Assembly (NCBI GenBank): GCA_963662665.2
Contig: CAXXJS010000010.1
Coordinates: forward strand, 64,001-128,000
Length of the DNA stretch: 64,000 nucleotides
From: Candidatus Latescibacterota bacterium
Lineage (GTDB): Bacteria > Latescibacterota > UBA2968 > GCA-2709665
Direction: 5' to 3'
The position numbers and the translations under genes are program-made. This document shows positions 52,661 through 61,959 of the stretch, piece after piece. The notes below the pieces were generated by a model that made no database searches, was not told the DNA's origin, and saw only the letters and a program-made list of their open reading frames with translations. Every line of letters starts with the position of its first letter. Positions within the stretch are counted from its first letter, which is position 1.

Positions 52661-52800
52661 CCCGGCGCCCGCAGCTTTGCTACGCGTGGGCCCGCCGCGC
52701 CCCCGGGCGGCCATCTTTCGCTTGAAACAGCACCGATCCATTGTATATTGTGGAAAAACCCTCGCTGGCAGGCCCACTTTCACGTCAAACGGAAACCGCG

Positions 52801-53517
52801 ATGCGTGCCACGGAAGAAACTCTGGACCTGCGTGAAAAAGGCAAATCGATCAATGGACAGGTTCAGGCCAGCAACAGGCGGCTGTTTATGCAGTTGCACG
52901 TCTTTGGCAACTGCAGGAGCACGGACGTTGTGGCCGCCGCTCTCCGCGAATCCCGTGTCGACGCCGTCCTGTACGTCGACCTGAACGATCCACACGGCAT
53001 TGCCATTCTCGTCATGTCCGAATATCCGGACACGTTCGTGGGGGAAATCCGCACATTACTTAACAGCCGGCCCTTCACCGGGCTTCTGCGCAATCCCGAC
53101 CTCACCATGGTAGGAAGAACCTACGCCCACGGATACGAACCCGATCTCGAGGAAACCCTGTTACGCAAACCACGCCGGAAGGTCCTCAACCCGGACTGGC
53201 CCTGGGCTGTCTGGTATCCTCTGCGACGCAAGCCCGGATTCGGTCTGTTATCGGGGGACGATCTTCGCGGAATTCTGGGAGAACACGCCAGAATCGGGCG
53301 CGCATATGCCGAAGCCGGATTTGCCCAGGACATCCGCCTGGCGTGTTACGGCATGGACAGGAACGACAACGACTTCGTCATCGGGCTGCTGGGGCCAGAG
53401 TTGCACCCGCTTTCACACGTCGTCCAGGAAATGCGGAAGACCCGGCAGACCGCGCAATACGTGCAATCCCTCGGGCCGTTTTTCGTTGGCAAAGCCATTT
53501 GGCAAACGCCATTATAA
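52801..53517 (+). CDS. Chlorite dismutase/coproheme decarboxylase (HemQ/ChdC) family heme protein
   Basis: VWYPLRRK, EHARIG, G.D..D.DFVIG, MRKT and PFFVG. Confidence 0.75.
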   Translation: MRATEETLDLREKGKSINGQVQASNRRLFMQLHVFGNCRSTDVVAAALRESRVDAVLYVDLNDPHGIAILVMSEYPDTFVGEIRTLLNSRPFTGLLRNPDLTMVGRTYAHGYEPDLEETLLRKPRRKVLNPDWPWAVWYPLRRKPGFGLLSGDDLRGILGEHARIGRAYAEAGFAQDIRLACYGMDRNDNDFVIGLLGPELHPLSHVVQEMRKTRQTAQYVQSLGPFFVGKAIWQTPL

Positions 53518-53566
53518 CACTGGCGAAAAGGCACAACGAGGTCGCTTCCACTCACGGCACGTCGAA

Positions 53567-54820
53567 ATGATCCTTAAAATCGAAGCCCTGCGGTACCGCT
53601 GTCTGCGATTCATCAGCCGGCCGCTTGACGCGTTTCACATTCTGGTTGGGCCGAACGCCAGCGGGAAAACCACCCTGCTGGATGCCATCGCGTTCCTCGG
53701 CGACCTCGTTTCGGTCGGCCTGGAGGAGGCCGTTGAAAAACGCACGGCCGACCTTCGCGATCTGGTCTGGCGACGGACGTTCGACCCGTTCGAACTGGCT
53801 ATCGAACTGAGCATTCCCGTTCAGAAAACCGACCTATTCGAAAACCGCGAATACAATCGATGCCGTTACGAAATCGCCATCGGACCGTCGGCCGAAACAG
53901 GAGAGACCTCCATTCTCGCCGAACGGGTTCTGCTTCTTCCCAACGTGCTCCAGGACAAGGTCGAGTGCGAACAGCAGACACTTTTCCCAATCGACCGCCC
54001 ATTGCCCGGCACGCTTGCCCTGCCCCGGGTCAGGGGCGCCAGAACCATTGTACACAAGGTCCACGGCAGTAACGATAATTTCTACTACGAAACCGGCGCC
54101 GGATGGGACCACTCATTCAAGCTGGGTCCAAGGCGGTCGGCTCTTGCCAATTTGCCGGAAGACGAAGGCAGATATCCCGTTGCCACCTGGCTGAAGGGGA
54201 TACTCAACGACGGAATCCAGCGCCTGGTCCTGAACAGCGCCGGGATGCGCCGTCCCAGCCCGCCCGGTCGACCCACCCGATTCAGGCCCGACGGTTCCAA
54301 TCTGCCCTGGGTTGTCTCCACCATGCATTCCAGCTCACCCGACCGATTCGCCGCCTGGATCCGCTGCCTGCAAACCGTCCTTCCCGACCTGAAAACCATT
54401 CGCACAATAGAACGTCCTGAGGACCGTCACTGCTATCTGGTTTTCCAGGATAGAAACGGTCTTGAAGCGCCATCCTGGACGATTTCAGACGGAACCCTTC
54501 GTCTTCTGGCCCTTACACTCCCTGCCTACCTGCCGGACTTCGGGGGCGCTTATCTCGTTGAAGAACCCGAAAACGGGATACACCCCCGGGCAGTAGAAAC
54601 GGTGTTTCGAGCGCTCTCATCCATAGAAAACGTCCAGGTCCTCTTAACCACACACTCTCCCGTAATTGTGGGCCTGGCGGAAGGCAGTGAGGTCATCTGT
54701 TTCTCCAGGACCGAAACCGGCGCCACCGATATGGTTCTCAGTACCGAAAATCCCGCGCTACGCGAATGGCAGGGCGAAGCAGATCTCGGTTCTCTGTTTG
54801 CCGACGGTGTTCTGGGTTAA
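53567..54820 (+). CDS. AAA_21/AbiEii-type ABC ATPase (resembles MADS Mad3-type ATPases)
   Basis: VGPNASGKT, ISDGTLR, LVEEPENGIHP and TTHSP. Confidence 0.8.
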   Translation: MILKIEALRYRCLRFISRPLDAFHILVGPNASGKTTLLDAIAFLGDLVSVGLEEAVEKRTADLRDLVWRRTFDPFELAIELSIPVQKTDLFENREYNRCRYEIAIGPSAETGETSILAERVLLLPNVLQDKVECEQQTLFPIDRPLPGTLALPRVRGARTIVHKVHGSNDNFYYETGAGWDHSFKLGPRRSALANLPEDEGRYPVATWLKGILNDGIQRLVLNSAGMRRPSPPGRPTRFRPDGSNLPWVVSTMHSSSPDRFAAWIRCLQTVLPDLKTIRTIERPEDRHCYLVFQDRNGLEAPSWTISDGTLRLLALTLPAYLPDFGGAYLVEEPENGIHPRAVETVFRALSSIENVQVLLTTHSPVIVGLAEGSEVICFSRTETGATDMVLSTENPALREWQGEADLGSLFADGVLG

Positions 54821-54967
54821 GACCGTGAGCTCCGGTGCTGCGCGGAAAACCGCGGGATGACGCGCCGATGACCCGACGGCCGGCCGGGCAGTTATCCCTA
54901 ATCGCCCGGGCTATTGTCTACCCGCTACACCCAGGTTGAATCCTGAAGAAATTCGAGGACAGTCCCG

Positions 54968-56137
54968 ATGGTTGAACTCGGCCTGAAATACGGATGCAAC
55001 CCACACCAGAAGCCCGCGAGAATATACAACAGGCACGGTACCCTGCCCTTCAGCGTGCTGAACGGCGCGCCTGGCTATATCAACCTGCTCGATGCGCTCA
55101 ATTCCTGGCAACTTGTAAAGGAACTGAGGCAGACGCTGACCGCACCCGCCGCCGCTTCCTTTAAACACGTCAGCCCCGCCGGAGCCGCGGTGGCGGTTCC
55201 CTTGAACGAAGACCTGAAGAAAGCCTATTTTGTCGAAGATCTTGATCTCTCTCCCCTGGCGACGGCGTACGCCCGGGCACGTGGCGCCGACCGCCTTTCT
55301 TCATATGGCGATTGGGCTGCCCTTAGCGACACGGTGGACGTCGCCACCGCCAGACTCCTGCACCGCGAGGTTTCCGACGGCGTGATCGCGCCAGGATATG
55401 AACCGGACGCCCTGGACATATTGAAGCGGAAAAAGGGAGGCGCCTACCCGGTTCTTCAAATCGATCCGGATTACAATCCCGTGGAAATGGAGCGCCGGGA
55501 GGTGTTCGGGCTTACCTTCGAGCAGCGATGCAACACCCGGGTCGCCGGTCCTGAGATCATGAAAAACACCGTTACTCGCAGACGGGACATCCCGCCGGAC
55601 AAAGCCCGCGATATGCTGGTGGCCACCATTACGCTCAAGTTCACACAGTCCAACTCCATATGCTTCGCATTGCAGGGCCAGGCCGTCGGCGTAGGCGCAG
55701 GCCAGCAAAACCGCCTTGCATGTACGGTTCTCGCTGCAAACAAAGCCGAAGCATGGTTTCTTCGCCAGCACCCGGCAGTTCTCGGTCTGAAGTTCAGAAA
55801 AGGCGCCAGGCGGCACGAAAAGATAAACGCCATCGAACTCTATCTCAATGGGGACATGACACCCGAAGAACTAAGCGCCTGGCGGTCTTCATTCCGCAAG
55901 GCGCCGCCCCCCTTCTGCGATACCGCGAGGAGGGAGTGGTTGCAGCGTCTCAAGGGCGTCATAATGGGCTCCGACGCGTATATTCCATTCCGCGACAATA
56001 TCGACCGCGCCGCTCGAACGGGTGTCGAATACGTTATCCAGACCGGTGGTTCCGTACAGGACGATGCCGTGACCGCCGCCGCGGATGAATACGGCATGGT
56101 TATGGTCAATACCGGCACCAGGCTCTTTCATCATTAG
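54968..56137 (+). CDS. purH: AICAR formyltransferase (monofunctional PurH-like, lacks the IMP cyclohydrolase domain)
   Basis: Begins at LKYGCNPHQ; SFKHVSPAGAA, KFTQSNS, GAGQQNR, SDAYIPFRD and RLFHH. Confidence 0.85.
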   Translation: MVELGLKYGCNPHQKPARIYNRHGTLPFSVLNGAPGYINLLDALNSWQLVKELRQTLTAPAAASFKHVSPAGAAVAVPLNEDLKKAYFVEDLDLSPLATAYARARGADRLSSYGDWAALSDTVDVATARLLHREVSDGVIAPGYEPDALDILKRKKGGAYPVLQIDPDYNPVEMERREVFGLTFEQRCNTRVAGPEIMKNTVTRRRDIPPDKARDMLVATITLKFTQSNSICFALQGQAVGVGAGQQNRLACTVLAANKAEAWFLRQHPAVLGLKFRKGARRHEKINAIELYLNGDMTPEELSAWRSSFRKAPPPFCDTARREWLQRLKGVIMGSDAYIPFRDNIDRAARTGVEYVIQTGGSVQDDAVTAAADEYGMVMVNTGTRLFHH

Positions 56138-56283
56138 TGTTCCTTACCGGAGATAAGTTGCCGGGCAGCCATTTTTCGTGTAAAACTGTTTTCTGTTTCC
56201 TGGCGCCGGACGGAAACAGGTCAAGCCGAAAACGACATCATCGTAATATCCTCAATCTGTCGCAATAAGCTACGATTTTTCCG

Positions 56284-56312
56284 TTGACGGCCGCGCGACC
56301 GGGCGTTATATT
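56284..56312 (+). promoter_or_regulatory. Putative sigma-70 promoter of the sigma factor gene
   Basis: TTGACG-17 bp-TATATT. Confidence 0.5.
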
Positions 56313-57085
56313 AACCGCTCGACGCAGTTGATTCAAACTAAATTGTAGGCGTCTGTTTCGTGGTCTCCTCGCGTCGAAAACCATCGACAGGCTTCCTGAT
56401 AAATGGACGGGTGTACCTGAAGCATACACCAATGTATATGGAGGTTTCCAGACATGCAATCCAGGGGTTTGGAAGGCGACACCAACATTTATCTGCGCGA
56501 TATCCGGAAATTCACACCGCTCAGCAAAGAAGACGAGGCCGGTGTGATCGCAGACGCTCAGAAGGGCAACCGTCGAGCCCTCGACCGTCTCATCACTGCG
56601 AACCTGCGATTTGTGGTCCGTATCGCGCGTGAGTATAGCGGACGGGGCTTACCCCTGTCCGACCTTATTGCCGAGGGCAACCTGGGTCTGATCCGGGCCA
56701 CGCGGACGTTCGATCTTGCTCGCGGGCACAAATTCATCACTTACGCGGTCTGGTGGATCCGGCAGGCCATACTGTCGGCTCTCAACCGGTACACCCACCC
56801 GGTGGTATTTCCGGTAAATCAGATTGACGACCTCGACGTAATCAACAGGACAAAGAACGCCCTTTCGCAATCGCTGGGCCGACTTCCTGATCTGGGCGAA
56901 CTCGTTGAGAAGACAGGCATGCCGCTAAGAAGGCTGCGCCGCGCTCTCGAAGCCAACCGGACGACCGTATCGCTCGACAGCCCCACTCACGACGGATCCT
57001 CTGGCGTATACGCGGATACGCTTCCGTCCCAGGACTCCCGACCGGACGAACAGTTCGAGGACGCCCGGATCAAAAAACTCCTTAA

Positions 57086-58783
57086 TCTGAATAATTCACA
57101 AAAAAGGTAGTTTCCTTACCCAAGTCATTGTATTATATTATGGTTACGCGAATAACCTGATAACAATGAACCGGGAGGAAACTACCGTGGCAGGTCAAGA
57201 TAAACAACAAAGGATGTCTTTCGCAAGTGTTTCTGGCAAACGGGTAGAAGCCGCCTTCGACGGGGGCATGCTGACCAGCGACACCGGGGCGATGCTGCTT
57301 CGAGAGGTGGAATCCAAAATCGGCATTTTGTGTCGGATCGTCGAGGCGATAACAGATCGTCGGCATCCAAGTTACGTGGATCACCCGTCGGTGGACCTGC
57401 TCCGTCAGCGTGTCTTTCAGATGGCGTGTGGGTATGAAGATGCGAACGACTGCAATACGTTGCGTAGCGACCCCGGCTTCAAGGCGGCCTGCGATCGGTT
57501 GCCGGTCACCGGTGCCAACCTGGCCAGTCAACCCACGATGAGTCGGTTCGAGAACCGGATCACCAGAGGTGATTTATATCGGATCGCGACGGCCTTTGCC
57601 GATGCGTTTATCGCCTCGTATAAGCACCCCCCCGAAGCCATCCTGTTGGATATCGATGACACGGAAGACAAGGTGTATGGATCCCAGCAGTTGTCGTTAT
57701 TCAATGCGTATTTCAAGGGCTATTGCTACCAACCCCTGCATATCTATGAAGGGCAAACCGGCAAGTTGATCACGACGGTCTTGCGTCCGGGCCGCCGACC
57801 CACGGGCAAAGAGATCGTGTCGATTCTCAAACGGGTGATCGCCTACCTGCGTCACGCATGGCCCGATGTCAAGATCCTGTTGCGTGGCGATTCACACTTT
57901 TCGTGTCCGGAAGTACACACGATGTGTGACGAAAACGATGTGTTTTTTATCCTCGGACAAAGCGGAAACGCGGTGCTGCTGCGGTTGGCACAGCCCTTGA
58001 TGGACCAGGCCAAAGCGCTGTATGCCGATGGGGGAAAACCTGTGCGCCTGTATCGCTGTTGGGACTATCAGGCCGGCAGCTGGTCTTCCCCACGCCGCAT
58101 CATCTGCAAGGCAGAAGTCAACCCGCAAGGTCACAATGTCCGATTCGTGGTCACCAACCTGAACGGCGCACAACCGTCATTCATCTACAAAACCGCTTAT
58201 TGCTCACGCGGCAGGATGGAAAACTTCATCAAGAATCACAAGACCTTTCTGCATTCCGATCGCACCTCTTGCCACACCTTCCATGCCAATCACTTCCGGC
58301 TCTTTCTCCACAGCGCCGCCTATGTGTTGGTACACGCCCTGGCCCATATCGGGTTGCGCGGCACCACGTGGACGAACGCCCAGTTTAATACGCTGCAAAA
58401 CCGCATCTTGAAAGTCGCCGGGCGCGTTTGTGAACTGAAAACCAAAATCACGTTCCATCTGCCAACGGCGTTTCCACTCAAACACCTCTATCGAACCATG
58501 CTCTACAATCTGGGAACCGCCATGCCATAACGTTTCCATCTGGACCAGGCCGCCTTCACGTCTTGATTGCTACCATCAAAAGCCATGGAGAAGTCTGTGC
58601 TCTTGGCAGTCACAGCAGGGTCATCCTGACGCCTCCACCCGACCCTGCTACAAAAACACACCCTGAAATCGCTTGAAAACGCCAGTTCCGCACAGCCAGC
58701 TTTCTCCTGCGTTCTTAGACTCACTCGAAAGCTGCTTCTGCTGCACGAATCTGCAATCCCTGACGATTCATGAATAGGTCAGG
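57086..58783 (+). mobile_element. IS1380 family insertion sequence, 1698 bp, TTAA target duplication
   Basis: Imperfect IRs TCTGAATAATTCAC / ATGAATAGGTCAGG; TTAA at 57082-57085 and 58784-58787. Confidence 0.9.
57166..58530 (+). CDS. IS1380 family DDE transposase
   Basis: FDGGMLTSDTG, GYEDANDC..LR.DP, LASQPTMSRFEN, LDIDDT, LRGDSHF and Y..RG.MENFIK. Confidence 0.95.
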   Translation: MNREETTVAGQDKQQRMSFASVSGKRVEAAFDGGMLTSDTGAMLLREVESKIGILCRIVEAITDRRHPSYVDHPSVDLLRQRVFQMACGYEDANDCNTLRSDPGFKAACDRLPVTGANLASQPTMSRFENRITRGDLYRIATAFADAFIASYKHPPEAILLDIDDTEDKVYGSQQLSLFNAYFKGYCYQPLHIYEGQTGKLITTVLRPGRRPTGKEIVSILKRVIAYLRHAWPDVKILLRGDSHFSCPEVHTMCDENDVFFILGQSGNAVLLRLAQPLMDQAKALYADGGKPVRLYRCWDYQAGSWSSPRRIICKAEVNPQGHNVRFVVTNLNGAQPSFIYKTAYCSRGRMENFIKNHKTFLHSDRTSCHTFHANHFRLFLHSAAYVLVHALAHIGLRGTTWTNAQFNTLQNRILKVAGRVCELKTKITFHLPTAFPLKHLYRTMLYNLGTAMP

Positions 58784-59003
58784 TTAAGGAATGCCTGAAT
58801 CGGCTGCCCCGGCGCGAAGCTCGAATCCTGAGTCTTTATTTCGGCCTGGACTCGGACAAGCCCGAGCCACTCGAACGGATTGGCAAACGCCTGCAGATCA
58901 GCAGGGAGAGGGTCCGGCAACTCAAAGACAGGGCGCTCAACAGGCTCCGACTCAATTTCGTACAGGAGAATTTGATTTCGTAGACAGAATGATGCACACC
59001 CAC

Positions 59004-59043
59004 AACAAAGCGGGCGGCCACTTGGGCCGCCCGCTTTGTTTGT
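59004..59043. terminator. Bidirectional intrinsic terminator
   Basis: AACAAAGCGGGCGGCC-5 nt loop-GGCCGCCCGCTTTGTT between convergent genes. Confidence 0.8.
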
Positions 59044-59079
59044 ATAGATATCACCGGCTTGCTGCCCGGAAATACCCGT

Positions 59080-60258
59080 TCATTTCTTGATCGTTTGCTG
59101 CTTCAACAACTGTATTTCCCGTTGGAGTCGGAGGAATTCCCGATACAGCGCCTGGTTGCCCTGCTGCATAGAAAGCTGCGACGAAACCGAAAATGCGTCA
59201 ATGCCGGCAGGTGGGAATTCACTGGATTCCACCGAGAGCTCGCCCACCTCAACGCGAGGAGTGTCCGGTTGTTCACCTCGTTTGACCTTCATTCGGACCT
59301 CGGTTCCCGGCGTTGTGGAAAGCACCAGGCTCTGTAAATGTTCGGCGCTTTCCACCTGCTGCTCCTGGAACGACATAATCAGATCGCCACGCACGATACC
59401 ACTCATCGCCGCAGGGCCGTTGGGCGCAATGCTATCTACGCGCACGCCGTGGTATTCGGGATCGTATTCTCCAGTAACCCCCAGCCATCCGTAGACTGTC
59501 TGTGAACCATTCAGGAGGCGCTGCGCAATTCGAATCGCACGGTTGATCGGCACCACGAATACGGTGGTAGGAATCTCCTGCACCATTCGGGCTCCCGGAG
59601 CCCCTTCCGGAAGAATACCGGACCACGGATCGGGCGGCAACGCCCAAACCAGGCCCAGAATCTCCCCGGAACTGCAGAATACCGGTGCGCCGCCAAAACT
59701 GAGGTCTACCGGTGCGGCAACATAAATAAGGTCCTGCGCACGGTCGACATTGTAAACATGACCGAACGACGGCTTCAGGTTTCCAAAGTTGTTGCCCAGG
59801 ATAAACGCAAAGTGGCCGATACGGACCCGATCGGAATTCCCGATTGCAATTGGCTGCAGGCCCTCGGCTTCAACGTGGATAACCGCAACTTCCGAAACCG
59901 GATCCGATGCCACGAAACGGGCCTGAAGTCGACGCCCCGTCCCCAGGGTCACCCAGATTTCCTCGGCGTCTTTTACGGCACGATGGACGGTAATGATCGT
60001 GCCTTTGGAATCCAGAACAAATCCGGTGCCGTGCATGTATCCCTTGCCGTACTGCAGCCCTTCCACCGCCCCCATCTGGGAATAGCTGGCATGAATTCGG
60101 ACGACCCCGGTCCGGTTCCTTTCCAGAATCTCTGCTCTCTCTTCTTCGATTCCCTTGAGCACGCTACCGGCGCGGCAATCTGTCGCACCTGAAACGGCCA
60201 ACAGTAACCCCATCACTATGGGTACCGTCCATAGGGATCTGCACCGTCGTGTTTTCAT
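59080..60258 (-). CDS. HtrA/DegP-like trypsin-PDZ protein with degenerate catalytic residues
   Basis: Signal peptide, GTGFV, IGNSD.VRIG and PDZ motifs (GWLGV, GPAA..GI..GD.I). The GNSGGP motif is replaced by SFGGAP. Confidence 0.8.
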   Translation of the reverse strand: MKTRRCRSLWTVPIVMGLLLAVSGATDCRAGSVLKGIEEERAEILERNRTGVVRIHASYSQMGAVEGLQYGKGYMHGTGFVLDSKGTIITVHRAVKDAEEIWVTLGTGRRLQARFVASDPVSEVAVIHVEAEGLQPIAIGNSDRVRIGHFAFILGNNFGNLKPSFGHVYNVDRAQDLIYVAAPVDLSFGGAPVFCSSGEILGLVWALPPDPWSGILPEGAPGARMVQEIPTTVFVVPINRAIRIAQRLLNGSQTVYGWLGVTGEYDPEYHGVRVDSIAPNGPAAMSGIVRGDLIMSFQEQQVESAEHLQSLVLSTTPGTEVRMKVKRGEQPDTPRVEVGELSVESSEFPPAGIDAFSVSSQLSMQQGNQALYREFLRLQREIQLLKQQTIKK

Positions 60259-60291
60259 TGTCAGTGTAGACTTTCTCTCCCTGAGGTTTCG

Positions 60292-60903
60292 CTAAAAGGA
60301 CACCCGACGTACGTTGGCCAGGTGCCTGCCCGGCCTCATACGCACGATTGACGCGGCTTTTGAGGCCTTTGCAGAATCCGCACGGCCGGCCTGATAACCC
60401 TTTTCTGAAGTGGTAATAGGTGCTTTCTGTGGCAACATCTTCAGCGCCCCGCGCCGGTCCGCTGCGGGAAACGGCGAAAACACGGGCGCAACCAACGTCA
60501 TCTGATGGACACGGTCCGTTGTGGCCCCTCGTGTCTCCGGCATTTCATCCAGTGCCGTGGTCATGCCGAGCGCCATCAGCACAACCGCCGCGGCCGATGC
60601 AAGCGCCCTCGGCACGGTTGGGAACAACAGGTCGGGCAGCCTGTTCCAGACCGAAGTTTTCCTGGCCGCCTCCATCATCAGCCGGCTCCGAAGCGCAAAG
60701 TCAAATCCGGCGGAAGGCCGCACACGCGACATCCGGGCCAGCCGCCGGGTCAGGTTCCTGACGCCTTCAAGGGAACTGGCGCAGATGGGGCATTCATCCA
60801 CGTGGAGATCCATCTGCGTCCGCTTTGCGCCTGCTACATCGCCTTCAATATAGGCCGATAATCGGGCCGCAAACTCGCCGCAAGTTATGTGACCCTCACT
60901 CAT
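60292..60903 (-). CDS. Zinc-finger (zf-HC2/ZAS) transmembrane anti-sigma factor
   Basis: C...LSAYIEG...HVDECPIC plus one TM helix; directly downstream of the ECF sigma. Confidence 0.85.
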   Translation of the reverse strand: MSEGHITCGEFAARLSAYIEGDVAGAKRTQMDLHVDECPICASSLEGVRNLTRRLARMSRVRPSAGFDFALRSRLMMEAARKTSVWNRLPDLLFPTVPRALASAAAVVLMALGMTTALDEMPETRGATTDRVHQMTLVAPVFSPFPAADRRGALKMLPQKAPITTSEKGYQAGRADSAKASKAASIVRMRPGRHLANVRRVSF

Positions 60904-60969
60904 GTAATTCCTCCAATGGTCCTGTGCGATTACGAATGTTCTTGCGGTTCGGCAGACGGCGTCACGCAG

Positions 60970-61575
60970 TCAGACCGCCAACCCCACGTCCCTTCCCTCA
61001 TTCTTCAGCTTCTGCTGCAATTTCAGGCGAGCCCTGTTCACGCGAGACTTGACCGTGCCCACCGGACACCGGCTGATTTCCGCAATCTCCTGATAGGACA
61101 TCCCCTCCACGTCCCGAAGCAGGATGACCTGCCGGTAGTTTTCCGACAACGACATGATGGCCCTATGAATCTGCACGTCCGCGATTGAAGATTCGGTGAT
61201 TCGATCGGGCCGGTAGGACTCGTCGGGCAATTCCATTCCCGTCTCGTTCTCGTCGTCCCGGTGAAGCGGAAACAGCCGCCAACGTTTTCGACGTCTCAAC
61301 TCGCTTTTTGCCAGGTTGCCTGCAATTGTAAACAACCATGTGGAGAAATTCGCTATCGCCCGATATTCGTTTCGCTTGCGATACGCCCTGAGAAAGGCCT
61401 CCTGAACAATATCCTCGGCTGTCTCCCGGTCTCCGACGAATCGAAAAACAAAGTTGTAGAGCCGTCCCCTGTAACGATTTACAATCTTTCCATACGCCTC
61501 GATATCGCCATTCGCAACATCCGTGAGAATATCAACATCCGAAACCGTTCCGTTATCCGTGTTTACCATGAGCAT
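60970..61575 (-). CDS. ECF RNA polymerase sigma factor (RpoE/SigW-like)
   Basis: AEDIVQEAF, FSTWLFTIA.N and SYQEIAEI..CPVGTVKSRVNRAR. Confidence 0.92.
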   Translation of the reverse strand: MLMVNTDNGTVSDVDILTDVANGDIEAYGKIVNRYRGRLYNFVFRFVGDRETAEDIVQEAFLRAYRKRNEYRAIANFSTWLFTIAGNLAKSELRRRKRWRLFPLHRDDENETGMELPDESYRPDRITESSIADVQIHRAIMSLSENYRQVILLRDVEGMSYQEIAEISRCPVGTVKSRVNRARLKLQQKLKNEGRDVGLAV

Positions 61576-61840
61576 CGACTTTCCCCCCTTTCGCCTGCAA
61601 CATCCTCGGGAATGGGGCATTCAGAACCCTCAACCCAGACGATCGTCGAACAATTATTAAACCCTCCGGCATGATAAAGGTTCCCGAAAAGCGAAAAATC
61701 AAGACGGGGAAAAAACACCGGCGGCAAATCTCGCCGGCAAGACCCGCCCGGGACCGGACTGGAAGAAAAACCGTTCAGACGACCGGAAAATCTCGGGAAA
61801 AAACAGCTGAATATCCAGGCTTTCGGGCCGGTTTCTCCGC

Positions 61841-61868
61841 TTGACATCGGCCCGGGATGTGGTATAAT
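61841..61868 (+). promoter_or_regulatory. Consensus sigma-70 promoter of acs
   Basis: TTGACA-16 bp-TATAAT with an extended -10 TG. Confidence 0.75.
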
Positions 61869-61959
61869 TATAGCCGTTCCATTCAGGAATTGCAAGACCT
61901 GTTTCACCGACTTCAAATCTGCCGTTCCAACCGTTTAAAACCGAAAGAAGGGGTCTTCA

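Larger units (their letters stand above)
56454..58983 (+). pseudogene. RpoD/RpoS-family sigma-70 factor interrupted by IS1380 (5' part 56454-57085, 3' part 58788-58983)
   Basis: Regions 1.2-3 (ANLRFVV, DLIAEGNLGL, KFITYAVWWIRQ) lie before the IS. Region 4 (LPRREARILSLYFGL...LERIGKRLQISRERVRQLKDRAL) lies after it. Removing the IS and one TTAA restores a 275-aa frame. Confidence 0.92.

Noticed and set aside
58791-59090. 99-aa ORF after the IS in the ORF track
   Set aside because: Wrong frame; the real coding remnant is sigma region 4, ending at TAG 58983.
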